NCBI GenBank assembly: GCA_021777565.1
Contig: JAJYDJ010000002.1
Location: 133,082 to 197,081, forward strand
Direction of reading: 5' to 3'
Length of the DNA stretch: 64,000 nt
Source of the DNA: a bacterium
GTDB taxonomy: Bacteria > Patescibacteriota > Microgenomatia > Levybacterales > UBA12049
A program made the translations under genes and the position numbers. The notes below the pieces were generated by a model. That model was not told the DNA's origin. It was given only the letters and a program-made list of their open reading frames with translations, and searched no databases. This document shows positions 36,128 through 46,272 of the stretch, in pieces. Within the stretch, counting starts at the first letter, position 1. Each line of letters starts with the position of its first letter.

Positions 36128-36985
36128 ATGGCAAAAGACTACTACGAATTACTCGGCGTCTCCAAAACTGCAAGTGAAGATGAGATCAAAAAAGCGTATC
36201 GCAAGCTGGCCTTGCAGTATCATCCTGACCGTAATAAAGAAAAAGGTGCCACTGAGAAATTTAAAGAGATCACACAAGCCTACGAGGTCATCTCTGATCC
36301 ACAAAAGCGTAAAACCTATGACCAGTTTGGAGCTGCCGCTTTTGACGGGAATGGTGCAGGAGCAGGCCAAGGACCATTTGGTGGAGGATTTGGTGGTCAG
36401 CAAGGACCATTTAGTTATACCTATACCTCTGGTGGAGGAGACTTCGGAGGATTTTCTGACCCATTTGAAATTTTTGAGCAGTTCTTTGGTGGTGGCTTTT
36501 CCCGTGGGCCAAGACGCCCAGTCTACTCAGTACGGATCACTTTCATGGAAGCAGCACACGGGGTGACGAAGAAAGTAAGTATAGATGGGAAGAATGAGAC
36601 GATTAAAATCCCAGCTGGCGTTGATGGTGGCTCACGTATCAGATTTGAAAAATACGATATCGTCACCGAGGTAGAACCAAGCAAAGTTTTTGAACGGCAA
36701 GGCTATGACATCATTACCCAGGTAAACATTTCTTTCACCCAGGCAGCGCTTGGCGCAGAAGTGTCAGTCGAGACCATTGATGGGGATGTGAAGATAAAAG
36801 TGCCATCTGGTACCCAGCCAGGGACGATTCTCAGACTTGGTGGTCGTGGGATCAAACACGTCAGAGGAAGTGGCAGAGGAGATCAATATGTAAAAATTCA
36901 AGTAGTCGTACCCAAAAATCTGTCCAGCAAACAAAAGGATCTTCTTAAGGAATTTGACGAGCCCCAAAAGAGAAAGTTCTTCTAA
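36128..36985 (+). CDS. dnaJ: DnaJ-like co-chaperone without a zinc-finger domain (CbpA-like)
   Basis: A J-domain with HPD (YHPDRN), a Gly/Phe-rich region and C-terminal substrate-binding domains. There are no CxxCxGxG repeats. Confidence 0.85.
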   Translation: MAKDYYELLGVSKTASEDEIKKAYRKLALQYHPDRNKEKGATEKFKEITQAYEVISDPQKRKTYDQFGAAAFDGNGAGAGQGPFGGGFGGQQGPFSYTYTSGGGDFGGFSDPFEIFEQFFGGGFSRGPRRPVYSVRITFMEAAHGVTKKVSIDGKNETIKIPAGVDGGSRIRFEKYDIVTEVEPSKVFERQGYDIITQVNISFTQAALGAEVSVETIDGDVKIKVPSGTQPGTILRLGGRGIKHVRGSGRGDQYVKIQVVVPKNLSSKQKDLLKEFDEPQKRKFF

Positions 36986-37031
36986 TTCTTTCCAAACGTA
37001 TCGATTTTCGCTACACTACTAGTGTAGACGT

Positions 37032-37391
37032 ATGGAAATGTCATTTGAGCTGATTGGTGGATCATTTAACACATTCTTTCTTATTGCTGATTTCTTCAGA
37101 TTTTGGTTTTTTTCTGGTCCCCTCGGTCTCATAAAATATTTTGGTTCACTTAATGGTGCTTTTCTCAAATTACTTTCTTACAACATTTTGCTTTCTACTT
37201 TTTTTCAGCCATTAAAAAATGAATATCGGGAAGGATTGGTTGGATTTTCTATCGCCATGGGCATGGTGTTTAAGATATTCATTCTCTTTTTTGAAACGAT
37301 TGCCTATCTGGTTCTTCTCGTATTAGAAGTATTTTTTGTTTGCGCATTTGTGTTGTGGCCATTTGCGACCTTAATGCTCGCGTTTATATAA
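37032..37391 (+). CDS. small membrane protein (3-4 TM), hypothetical; tightly coupled to the downstream Clp-like ATPase
   Basis: A 119-aa hydrophobic ORF ending 1 nt before the next start. Confidence 0.5.
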   Translation: MEMSFELIGGSFNTFFLIADFFRFWFFSGPLGLIKYFGSLNGAFLKLLSYNILLSTFFQPLKNEYREGLVGFSIAMGMVFKIFILFFETIAYLVLLVLEVFFVCAFVLWPFATLMLAFI

Positions 37392-37392
37392 T

Positions 37393-39801
37393 ATGGAACT
37401 ATTTACGTATGTCATGCTTTATCACTGGTATAAATCAGTCTTTGCTGTGGTTATTCGCGTGCTCTTTTTCCTTTCGATTGGTGCATTTTTCTTTTTGCAG
37501 CTGCATCAAGGGATGTTTCCAAAGATTCCACTCTTTTTCCTCTCAGGATTTTTAATTATTGAAGTGTTTTATCGATTTAAAGTCATCCGGGCAAAACCTA
37601 TTATGAAGGTGACGGATAACACGAAGAATTTATACCTGTCTTTCACTTTCCAGGCACTGGATTGTTTCTTCTTTGCTGCCAATAGTGTCATGGTGATCAA
37701 AAATATGCTCAATGATAAAAGTATTAATTACATCATGCGTCGAAGCGGGCTTCATATCAAAGATATTATCGCAGTAAATATCCCAAAACAGACACTCGCC
37801 CATCAGGCCTTTATGACGGTCAAAGCTGTCGGTGGGTCCTATGTGACGCGAATGGACTTGTTTGCCGCATACATCCTACTTTGTGAACAGCAGACCAAAG
37901 CACTCATGCAGCGACATTTGCAGGCAGAAGAGTTCATGCAAATCCTATACTGGGCGCGCATGAATTTCCCGGAGGAAGAAAACCCCAATCCTCGTCGCGC
38001 AGTCTTTTTGGGAGAGGGTATTTTTGACTCTATCTCAACGGGGTGGACCAATGAGACCAATAAATATATCTTTGATGTCACCAGTCATGCTTTGGCAGAG
38101 CGTCCGAGTGTTCTGGGGTATAAGAAAGAGTTCCAACAGTTGGTCGCGACGCTTGCCAGGAAAGAGCACAACAATGTTCTTATTGTAGGCCCAACAGGTG
38201 TTGGGAAGCGTTCCTTCGTCGAAGCATTTGCCCTGAATAGTTACATCGGTCTCCTGCCCAAAAATCTCTATCACAAAAGAGTCTATCAGCTGCTTGTAGG
38301 CCTATTAGTAGCAGGTGCAAATACCACAGGTGAGCTGGAGGAGCGCCTGGAAATGGTCATTCAGGAGATTTTACACGCAGGTAATATTATTATGTACATA
38401 GAAAGCCTTGAAAATATCCTTGGGTCTGACACGTTCCACGCCAATCTCTCAGCAGCACTGGTGCCCTATCTTAAAAACCATTCCTTGCCCATTGTTGCAA
38501 CCATTTCACCTGAGACATATAAGACATATCTTTCAAGCGCTCGAGAATTTTTAGAATTATTTGATGTCATAGAACTTCGTGAGCCGACTGTAGAAGATGC
38601 CAAGATTATGCTTTTGGAGAAAGCCCAGGAGATTGAACAGAAGAATAATGTCAGTATTACGTATCGGGCCATTATTCGCGCTGTTGAGCTGTCTCATAAA
38701 TTTATTCAGGATCATGTGCTCCCTGGGAGTGCAGTAACGCTTCTTAACCGTGTCGTTGGCGCGTGTAAGCAGGCAGGAAGAAGTGAAGTGCAAGAAGCAG
38801 ATGTTGTAAAAGAAGTAGAAGCGCTGACTCGTGTATCTATCTCTGAACCAGGTTCTGCAGAAAGACAGACGCTTTTGCATCTAGAGGAAGAGTTGCATAA
38901 AAGAGTTATTGGACAGGATGAGGCGGTCTCAAGTGTCTCCAGAGCCCTCCAGAGGCTGCGTGCTGGTGTAGAAGAGCGAGAGCGTCCTATCTCATTCCTT
39001 TTCTTGGGACCAACGGGGGTAGGCAAAACTGAAACTGCCAAGACGCTTGCCAGAATTTATTTTGGTGGGGAGGATCGCATCATCAGGCTTGATATGAGTG
39101 AGTATACTGGCAGTGATTCAATGATGAGACTTTTGGGGGCAATGCCAGGCCAAGGTGAAGCACGTGGTGAGCTGACTGAGAAAATTGCTGAAAATCCATT
39201 CTCCCTAGTGCTCTTAGATGAATTTGAGAAGGCGAACCCTCAAGTGATGGATATGTTCCTACAGGTTCTGGATGATGGAAGACTTACCGATAACAGAGGT
39301 AAGAAAGTATCTTTTGCTAATGCGATTATTATTGCGACATCCAATGCCGGTGCGCTGACTATCGAAGAACAACTTCGTGCAAATAAGCCGCTTGATGACA
39401 GCTTCCACCGGAAACTTATTGAGAAGCTTGAAGAAGATCGTATCTTTAAACCAGAACTTCTTAATCGTTTTGATGGTATCGTCGTGTTCCATTCTCTTGA
39501 TCAGGCACAGTTACAAAGTATTGCACAGATCTATATGCATGGTATTGCCGATGATCTGGCAAAAATCCACGAGGTCAAGCTCGTCTGTGATCCAACTGTC
39601 TTTGCCCTTATTGCCCAAAAAGGCTTCGATATCCAATTCGGCGCCAGACCTCTGAGACGATTTATCCAGGATACTATTGAGAACTTGTTGGCAAAGCTGA
39701 TTCTTCAGGGAGTTATTAATAGAGGCGATGGGATTAAGCTTTTTGTCGGTCCAGATGGCAATATTGGGTGGTCCAAACTCGATTTAATTTCTTCACATTG
39801 A
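37393..39801 (+). CDS. Hsp100/Clp-family AAA+ protein (ClpB/ClpC-like) with an N-terminal membrane anchor and a degenerate first ATPase domain
   Basis: N-terminal TM helices and Clp_N-like repeats. D1 has GPTGVGKRS (Walker A Thr/Ser replaced by Arg) and IIMYIESLE (Walker B DE replaced by IE). D2 is intact: GPTGVGKTETAK, LLDEFEKA and ATSN. Confidence 0.8.
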   Translation: MELFTYVMLYHWYKSVFAVVIRVLFFLSIGAFFFLQLHQGMFPKIPLFFLSGFLIIEVFYRFKVIRAKPIMKVTDNTKNLYLSFTFQALDCFFFAANSVMVIKNMLNDKSINYIMRRSGLHIKDIIAVNIPKQTLAHQAFMTVKAVGGSYVTRMDLFAAYILLCEQQTKALMQRHLQAEEFMQILYWARMNFPEEENPNPRRAVFLGEGIFDSISTGWTNETNKYIFDVTSHALAERPSVLGYKKEFQQLVATLARKEHNNVLIVGPTGVGKRSFVEAFALNSYIGLLPKNLYHKRVYQLLVGLLVAGANTTGELEERLEMVIQEILHAGNIIMYIESLENILGSDTFHANLSAALVPYLKNHSLPIVATISPETYKTYLSSAREFLELFDVIELREPTVEDAKIMLLEKAQEIEQKNNVSITYRAIIRAVELSHKFIQDHVLPGSAVTLLNRVVGACKQAGRSEVQEADVVKEVEALTRVSISEPGSAERQTLLHLEEELHKRVIGQDEAVSSVSRALQRLRAGVEERERPISFLFLGPTGVGKTETAKTLARIYFGGEDRIIRLDMSEYTGSDSMMRLLGAMPGQGEARGELTEKIAENPFSLVLLDEFEKANPQVMDMFLQVLDDGRLTDNRGKKVSFANAIIIATSNAGALTIEEQLRANKPLDDSFHRKLIEKLEEDRIFKPELLNRFDGIVVFHSLDQAQLQSIAQIYMHGIADDLAKIHEVKLVCDPTVFALIAQKGFDIQFGARPLRRFIQDTIENLLAKLILQGVINRGDGIKLFVGPDGNIGWSKLDLISSH

Positions 39802-39832
39802 TAGAAGGCGTAATTTTTGATATACTCTCCTC

Positions 39833-40990
39833 ATGCCAGCAGTACAAAGAAGTGAATTTTTCTTAGCACTCAACCAGCTCGCCACCGAGCGAGGGTTGGA
39901 CGTATCAATTATTATTGATGCCGTAAAGAATGCTATCCTTGCCGCATATCGTAAAGATCACCCAGAAGCAGAGTCAGAAGAATATACAGTAACCTTGAAT
40001 CAAAACACGGGTGAAGCACGTGTCCTTAAAGGTGAAGAAGATGTTACCCCTCCAGGATTTGGTCGTATTGCCGCACAAACCGCTAAGCAGGTTATTCTCC
40101 AAAAAGTTCGTGAAGAAGAGAAAGCAGCAGTTTTGGCTGATTTCAAGGCTAGAATCGGGACTGTTATGAACGGCATGATCCTTCGTTTTATTGGACCAAA
40201 CATTATCGTTATTTTGGGAAAGACAGAAGCACTCTTCCCAGTCTCAGAACAAATCCAAAATGAGAAATATCATCCAAACCAGCAACTTGCGTTTTATATC
40301 CTCGATATTCGAGAAGGACCAAAAGGTCAAGAACTGATCGTCTCACGATCTAATAAAGGTCTTCTTGAAGGACTATTCCGCAAAGAAGTACCAGAAATCA
40401 TGACCGGTGGTGTGATCTTTAAAGCAATTGCTCGTGAAGCAGGTGTCAGATCAAAGATTGCTGTTGCAGCAACCGCAAGTGGTATTGACCCAGTCGGAAG
40501 TTGTGTCGGACAAAAAGGTGTTCGTGTACAAGCTGTTATCCAGGAATTTGGTGGACTCGAAAAAATTGATGTTATCCAGTGGCAAGAAGACCCAACAGTC
40601 TTCATTGCACATGCACTCGCTCCTGCAAAGAACTTAGAAGTAAGCGTTGATGAAAATACCAAGTCTGCTATTGTTATGGCTGACCCTGATGAACTCGCCT
40701 CAGCAATTGGTAAAGATGGTCAAAATGCACGTCTCGCTTCAGAATTGACTGGTTACGAGATCAAAATCATGCCAAAAGAAGGTACATCTCCTAAAGCAGA
40801 AGCTGCGGTAAAAGAAGAAGCATCAATTGAAGCAGAAGTCAAAGAGACCGTAGCAACAGAACCGGCAACGACCGAAGAAGTAAAGCCATCTGATGAAGCA
40901 ATGGTGACCGAGCCAGCCGTCACTGAGGATGCCCATGAAGAAGAAGCTCCAACAACCGAACCAACTGTGACAGAAGACCAAGCAGCATAA
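39833..40990 (+). CDS. nusA: transcription termination/antitermination factor NusA with an acidic C-terminal tail
   Basis: An N-terminal domain, S1 and two KH domains (GSCVGQKGVRVQAV, IGKDGQNARLAS). TGaTATACT plus 6 nt lies upstream of the ATG. Confidence 0.9.
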   Translation: MPAVQRSEFFLALNQLATERGLDVSIIIDAVKNAILAAYRKDHPEAESEEYTVTLNQNTGEARVLKGEEDVTPPGFGRIAAQTAKQVILQKVREEEKAAVLADFKARIGTVMNGMILRFIGPNIIVILGKTEALFPVSEQIQNEKYHPNQQLAFYILDIREGPKGQELIVSRSNKGLLEGLFRKEVPEIMTGGVIFKAIAREAGVRSKIAVAATASGIDPVGSCVGQKGVRVQAVIQEFGGLEKIDVIQWQEDPTVFIAHALAPAKNLEVSVDENTKSAIVMADPDELASAIGKDGQNARLASELTGYEIKIMPKEGTSPKAEAAVKEEASIEAEVKETVATEPATTEEVKPSDEAMVTEPAVTEDAHEEEAPTTEPTVTEDQAA

Positions 40991-41045
40991 CCGTTTCTCT
41001 TCTCACTCGCCTCACGGTTAAAATTCCGGTATAATACATACGCAT

Positions 41046-42464
41046 ATGGCAAGCCAATTTTTCCCACCAGTTGTATCTGTTCTCGGACACGTAGACCACG
41101 GCAAAACCACTTTGCTGGATGCTATCCGCAAAAGTGACATCGCTGGTGGTGAAGTAGGTGGAATTACCCAGAAGATCGGTGTTTCCCAGATTGAGACAGT
41201 CTATGAAGGGGAAAAGCGACCTATTACTTTCATTGATACCCCAGGACATGCCGCATTTAAAGAGATGCGCTCACAAGGAGCACACGTGGCTGACGTTGGT
41301 CTTTTGATCGTCTCAGCGGTAGATGGAGTCATGCCACAGACCAAAGAAGCGCTCCAGCTCTTTCTGAGCTCAAAAACCCCGTTTATCGTTGTTCTCACCA
41401 AGACTGATTTGCCAGATAAAAATGTGGATAAGGTCAAACAGCAGCTTTTGAGAGAAAATGTCATGGTAGAAGGCTATGGTGGTGATATTCCTGTCCTTGA
41501 AGTATCTGCCAGAACTGGTACCAACGTAAAAGAGCTTCTGGACCTGATTTTATTGGTATATACCATGCAGCCTCACGATGTCGATCCTGCAGGAACACTT
41601 CGTGCGGTCGTGATCGAATCCAAGCGTGATGTGAAAGTCGGTCCTCGTGCAACCGTTATTGTCAAAAACGGTACCCTCACCATTCGTGATGAGATACAGG
41701 CTGGTAAAGTCATGGGGAGAGTTCGTTCAATGACTGATGGCAAAGGTGCGATGGTTCAGTCAGTGACGGTTGGGGCTGGGGTAGAACTGCTTGGATTTGA
41801 AGAAGTCCCATCTGTTGGAAGTATTGTGAGTCGTAAAGGGGAGGTAGCTACCGAAGCCAAACGCACGCTTGCAGGTCGAGGAGAGAAGCCAGAGAATGCG
41901 CTTCTTTCAGTCATCGTCTGTGCGGATTCTGAAGGATCCCTTGAGGCTATTTTGGGAGAGTTTCCAAAGGAAGTTCACGTCATGGAGGCAAAAACGGGTG
42001 AAATCTCAGAATCAGATGTGCTTTTTGCACGCTCAACAGGCAGTATTATTATCACCTTTAATGTGCGTCTGAAGTCAGATGTGGCTAAATTTGCTCAGAC
42101 TGAACACGTATTAGTGAAAAACTATCAGATTATCTATGAAATGCTTGATGAGATTCAGCAGGTTATCGACGGAAAGGCCAGTGCTCTCCTGGAGCAGATT
42201 TTTGGAGTATCAACAGTTCAAGCGAAGTTCCCATTTGATAAGCAAGAGGTTTTAGGGGTTATAGTAAATGATGGTAGAGTGGCAAAAGGGGATAAAATTC
42301 GAGTCGTAAGAGAAGATGGAACTGTGGCTGGAGAGAGCACTGTTACCTCACTGCGACAAGGCAAGGATACGGTAACAAAGGTAGAAAAAGGCAATGAGGC
42401 TGGTATTATCCTTACCCCTCAACTTGACACCCTTGTGGGCGACGTGATACTATCTCATAGTTAG
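41046..42464 (+). CDS. infB: translation initiation factor IF-2 (minimal form, G-domain onward)
   Basis: VLGHVDHGKTTLLD, DTPGH and TKTD GTPase motifs. 472 aa, with no N-terminal extension. Confidence 0.9.
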   Translation: MASQFFPPVVSVLGHVDHGKTTLLDAIRKSDIAGGEVGGITQKIGVSQIETVYEGEKRPITFIDTPGHAAFKEMRSQGAHVADVGLLIVSAVDGVMPQTKEALQLFLSSKTPFIVVLTKTDLPDKNVDKVKQQLLRENVMVEGYGGDIPVLEVSARTGTNVKELLDLILLVYTMQPHDVDPAGTLRAVVIESKRDVKVGPRATVIVKNGTLTIRDEIQAGKVMGRVRSMTDGKGAMVQSVTVGAGVELLGFEEVPSVGSIVSRKGEVATEAKRTLAGRGEKPENALLSVIVCADSEGSLEAILGEFPKEVHVMEAKTGEISESDVLFARSTGSIIITFNVRLKSDVAKFAQTEHVLVKNYQIIYEMLDEIQQVIDGKASALLEQIFGVSTVQAKFPFDKQEVLGVIVNDGRVAKGDKIRVVREDGTVAGESTVTSLRQGKDTVTKVEKGNEAGIILTPQLDTLVGDVILSHS

Positions 42465-42469
42465 CGTTT

Positions 42470-43522
42470 ATGCCTAATGAACTCGTACAAAGACTAAAGG
42501 ATCTTCTTGTCAAAAACCAGGAAATAGCGATTATTGTGCCTGGGAATCCTTCCCTTGATACCATGGCTGCAGGGTTGAGCTTATTCTTGGTCATCGAACA
42601 GATGGGTAAGCATGTAAGTATTGTGTGCCCAACTCAGCCTACTGTCGCGCTCTCTTCTCTCGTAGGCATTGATAAGCTTACCTCCCAGCTCCCCTTGAAT
42701 CAAGGTGGTGTGGGTGGGGACCTGATCGTATCATTCCCGTACAGGCAGGGTGAAACAGGTCAAATTGAAAAAGTGGAATATGAGCATGATGAAGTCAATA
42801 GCAGACTCAAAATTGTGGTTCATGCTGGTGAACAAGGCCTTCACTTCTCTCAGTCAGACGTACAATTTGACCAACAAATGCGTGGGGGTAATACGCCAAC
42901 CCTTATTTTCTACGTAGGTGTGACTCATCCTGAGGCGTTAGGGAACCTTTTTGTTACCGATCAGAATGTAAATACTGTCAATATTGATAACAAGGCTGAA
43001 AATCCTAAATACGGGACACTGCCTATTGTTGATACTCGATGGTCATCGGTTAGTGAACAAGTTGCTGATTTTGTGACACTTTTGGAGCCACAGGTTGTTG
43101 TACAGAGAGATGCCGCGCAAAACCTCTTGGATGGCATTTCCTATGCCACACAAGACTTCACGAATGCTCGTACCAGTTATTTGGCATTTGAGGTTGCAGG
43201 AATTTTGATGAAAAAGGGTGCCAGTAGGGATGTTGCCAAACAGGTAGTCTCAGTAAGTGGTAATACCCAAGGAGTGTCTACAACGAGTGAATATTTCCCT
43301 CCACTTCCACAGCAAGCACCAGTAGCACCGGTACAACCACAACCTGCTCCTGTGCAGCCAACACCACAGCCAGCACCTGTTGCGCCTATATCTCAGCCAG
43401 TACAGCCACAACCCATGCCTTCTCAACCTGTCGCACCAGCTGCTCAGGCAACACAAATGCCACCAGTGGCACCACCAGATTGGTTAACACCAAAAGTATA
43501 TAAAGGTTCTACACTTATCTAG
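42470..43522 (+). CDS. DHH-family (NrnA-like) phosphoesterase homolog lacking the DHH catalytic motifs, with a Pro/Gln-rich C-terminal low-complexity tail
   Basis: It is collinear with the NrnA fold (IAIIVPGNPSLDTMAAGLSL in place of the DxD motif), no DHH triad is found, and the tail reads PVAPVQPQPAPVQPTPQPAPVAP. Confidence 0.55.
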   Translation: MPNELVQRLKDLLVKNQEIAIIVPGNPSLDTMAAGLSLFLVIEQMGKHVSIVCPTQPTVALSSLVGIDKLTSQLPLNQGGVGGDLIVSFPYRQGETGQIEKVEYEHDEVNSRLKIVVHAGEQGLHFSQSDVQFDQQMRGGNTPTLIFYVGVTHPEALGNLFVTDQNVNTVNIDNKAENPKYGTLPIVDTRWSSVSEQVADFVTLLEPQVVVQRDAAQNLLDGISYATQDFTNARTSYLAFEVAGILMKKGASRDVAKQVVSVSGNTQGVSTTSEYFPPLPQQAPVAPVQPQPAPVQPTPQPAPVAPISQPVQPQPMPSQPVAPAAQATQMPPVAPPDWLTPKVYKGSTLI

Positions 43523-43534
43523 TAAATTAAATTC

Positions 43535-43563
43535 TTGTAAGATCAAGAAAAATCTGCTATACT
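43535..43563 (+). promoter_or_regulatory. promoter TTGTAA-17-TATACT for rpsO-pnp
   Basis: cTTGTAAgatcaagaaaaatctgcTATACT, with a purine-rich leader before the rpsO ATG. Confidence 0.45.
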
Positions 43564-43595
43564 ACAAGCAGTTTTCAAAGAAAGAAAAGAAATTT

Positions 43596-43865
43596 ATGCC
43601 ACTTCAGCAAAAAACAAAGCAGGAAATTATTAAAGAGTTTCAAGTAGAAGAAGGCGACACAGGAAGTCCAGAAGTACAAATTGGGCTTTTGTCACACAGA
43701 ATTGCAGCACTCGTAGAACATCTTAAGCAACATGCACATGATTTGCACAGTCGCCGAGGACTTCTCTCAATGCTTGCAAAGCGTCGAAGACTTATTTTCT
43801 TTTTAGAGAAAGTTGATAAAAAACGATCACAAGACATAACGAAACGAGTAGGATTGAAGAACTAA
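43596..43865 (+). CDS. rpsO: 30S ribosomal protein S15
   Basis: DTGSPEVQIGLL...HSRRGLL matches the S15 signature. It lies upstream of pnp. Confidence 0.9.
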   Translation: MPLQQKTKQEIIKEFQVEEGDTGSPEVQIGLLSHRIAALVEHLKQHAHDLHSRRGLLSMLAKRRRLIFFLEKVDKKRSQDITKRVGLKN

Positions 43866-43919
43866 GCTATTCCCTTAATTCCCTCAGTTTGTTATAGTAA
43901 GAAAGAACGAAAGAGAAAA

Positions 43920-46205
43920 ATGAAGAAAATTGCCTCACAATCAATCGAGTTTGGTGGACAAACACTAACACTAGAAACAGGAAAGCTCGCAGAACGCGCT
44001 TCTGCTTCTGTCCTTGGCCGTCTTGGTGACACTGTTGTTCTGGTAACTGTCGTAGAAGGCGGCAAATCAGATCTGGACTATTTCCCACTCTCCATTGAAT
44101 ATATTGAAAATCTTTTTTCAGGTGGAAAAATCAAAGGAAGTCGTTGGGTAAAGCGTGATGGAAGACCATCTGATGATGCAATTCTTGCAGGTCGTGTGAT
44201 TGATAGGTCTATCCGCCCACTCTTTCCAAAAGCATTCAAAAATGTTGTCCAGATTGTTATTAACGTATTGTCTGTAGACGGCACAAATGATCCAGTGATC
44301 GTTGCATTAAACGCGGTATCTGCGGCTGTTGCAATCTCACGTATCCCATGGAATGGCCCAATTGGTGGTATGCGTATGGGATATGACGAAGCCACTGGTA
44401 CCTACCTTGTTAATCCAACCACTGAACAGCGTGAAACATCTCTTTTTGAAGTAATTGTCTCTCAGGTTGGTAATCTGACCAACATGATTGAGGCAGAAGG
44501 TCGTCAGGTTTCAGAAGAAATTATGGCTACCGCAATCGTGAAGGCACATGAAGCGACACAAAAAATTATTGATGGCATTAATGAATTTGTAAAAGCAGTT
44601 GGTGATGAGAAGCTCCCACTCCCTACAGAAACTTCTTTGACTGAATTCAAGCAAATTATTGAAAAAAATTATGGTTCTGACGTGGATCATCTTATCGAGC
44701 GAAGAGCAGAAGGTGACGATAGTGCCGCTGATGAACTCGCCGCAAAGATCTTTACTGACCTGAAGACTGAAGACCCATCACGAGAAGTTGATAAAAAAAT
44801 TCTTGCAGCTGCACTTGACTACACTATGTTCAAAAAGATCAGAAGTAATATTCTGGTTAAGAAAATGCGCCCAGATGGAAGAAAATTGGATGAAATTCGT
44901 CCACTAAGTTCTGAAGTCGGAGTACTTCCTCGAACCCACGGGTCAGCGCTGTTCCAGCGTGGTATGACACAAGCATTAAGTATCGCAACTCTTGGATCTC
45001 CTCGTATGGAGCAGTTGATTGAGTCAGCAGAAGGTGAAGAAGCAAAACGCTACATTCATCACTACGTTGGATTGCCATTCTCTATTGGCCAGGCAGGCAG
45101 AATTGGTACTCCAGGTCGTCGTGAAATCGGACACGGTGCGCTCGCAGAAAAGGCACTTAAAGCAGTGATTCCATCTCAGGACGTCTTCCCGTACACCATT
45201 ATGGTGGTATCAGAAGTTCTTTCTCAGAATGGATCAAGTTCTATGGCATCAACCTGTGGATCAACACTGGCACTTATGGATGCAGGTGTCCCAATCCTCA
45301 AGCCGGTTGCTGGTATTTCTATCGGCATGATGTCTGATGAAAATTCCTATGAACTCTTGACTGATATTAAAGATCTTGAAGATTTCTCAGGAGATATGGA
45401 TTTCAAAGTAGCTGGTACCGATACAGGAATTACTGCTATCCAGTTGGATGTGAAAGTTCCAGGACTTACTGATGAACAAATTGGTAAGATTTTGGATCGA
45501 GCAAAGATTGGTCGTATGCAGGTCATGGAAGTCATGATGAAGGCTATCAATACACCACGTGCTAGTGTGTCTCAATATGCACCAAAGATTATTACGATCA
45601 AAGTGCCACAGGAGAAAATTGGCGAGATCATCGGACCGGGTGGACGTGTTATTAAGAATATCATTGCAACAACGGGTGCAGATCTTGATATGTCTGATGA
45701 TGGTACTCTGAGTATCACTGGAACCACTGAAGATCAGATCAATCAAGCTCGTGAATGGGTCGAAGGACTTACTCATGAAGTAGAAGTGGGGGAAGTATAT
45801 GACAGTGCAGAAGTAAAGCGCATTTTGCCTTTTGGTGCATTTGTAGAGCTTGTACCAGGCAAAGAAGGCATGGTACACGTATCTCAAATGTCTAATCAAT
45901 TTGTCAGAGACCCACAAGAAATTGTGCACATTGGGGACAAAGTAAAAGTACATGTTATCGAAATTGACTCACAGGGACGTGTGAATCTCTCAATGCTTTT
46001 TAATGAAGACGGGTCACCAATGGCAAGAAAGCCACAGGAACCACGTGAGAGAAATTTTAATGAAGAAGGTCCGCGATTTAATGAACGCCCAGAAGGTGGA
46101 TATGCCCCACACAAAAGTCACCCATTGGTAGATCAATTTAAGCGTGAGCAAGGTGGGCAAAGACCAAATCGCAATCGTAATTTTAACCGCACAAGAAGCT
46201 ACTAG
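43920..46205 (+). CDS. pnp: polyribonucleotide nucleotidyltransferase (PNPase)
   Basis: Two RNase PH domains, a KH domain (IGPGGRVIKNI) and an S1 domain. 761 aa. Confidence 0.95.
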   Translation: MKKIASQSIEFGGQTLTLETGKLAERASASVLGRLGDTVVLVTVVEGGKSDLDYFPLSIEYIENLFSGGKIKGSRWVKRDGRPSDDAILAGRVIDRSIRPLFPKAFKNVVQIVINVLSVDGTNDPVIVALNAVSAAVAISRIPWNGPIGGMRMGYDEATGTYLVNPTTEQRETSLFEVIVSQVGNLTNMIEAEGRQVSEEIMATAIVKAHEATQKIIDGINEFVKAVGDEKLPLPTETSLTEFKQIIEKNYGSDVDHLIERRAEGDDSAADELAAKIFTDLKTEDPSREVDKKILAAALDYTMFKKIRSNILVKKMRPDGRKLDEIRPLSSEVGVLPRTHGSALFQRGMTQALSIATLGSPRMEQLIESAEGEEAKRYIHHYVGLPFSIGQAGRIGTPGRREIGHGALAEKALKAVIPSQDVFPYTIMVVSEVLSQNGSSSMASTCGSTLALMDAGVPILKPVAGISIGMMSDENSYELLTDIKDLEDFSGDMDFKVAGTDTGITAIQLDVKVPGLTDEQIGKILDRAKIGRMQVMEVMMKAINTPRASVSQYAPKIITIKVPQEKIGEIIGPGGRVIKNIIATTGADLDMSDDGTLSITGTTEDQINQAREWVEGLTHEVEVGEVYDSAEVKRILPFGAFVELVPGKEGMVHVSQMSNQFVRDPQEIVHIGDKVKVHVIEIDSQGRVNLSMLFNEDGSPMARKPQEPRERNFNEEGPRFNERPEGGYAPHKSHPLVDQFKREQGGQRPNRNRNFNRTRSY

Positions 46206-46272
46206 TAATTACTTCGGGTTGGATTGATTGAAAGAAAAGATGGTATACTAATACCAGAAGCACAAAATTTTT

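Noticed and set aside
37011-37027. CTACACT-act-AGTGTAG hairpin after dnaJ as a terminator
   Set aside because: A perfect 7-bp stem, but it has no U-tract and lies only ~5 nt before the next ATG. It may be a weak structural element, and I have kept it out of the features.
45387-45953. 188-aa antisense ORF inside pnp. Similar antisense ORFs at 5909-6313, 46785-47327, 48559-49032, 35422-35919 and 62043-62426
   Set aside because: All lie within strongly conserved housekeeping genes (pnp, the trpR-like/csaA-like genes, rnj, ftsK, dnaK, rpoB) and have low-complexity compositions. They are shadow ORFs.
46241-46256. GGTAT-actaATACC inverted repeat overlapping the rnj -10 box as an operator
   Set aside because: Only a 5-bp stem. 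It could arise by chance from the TATACT box sequence itself.
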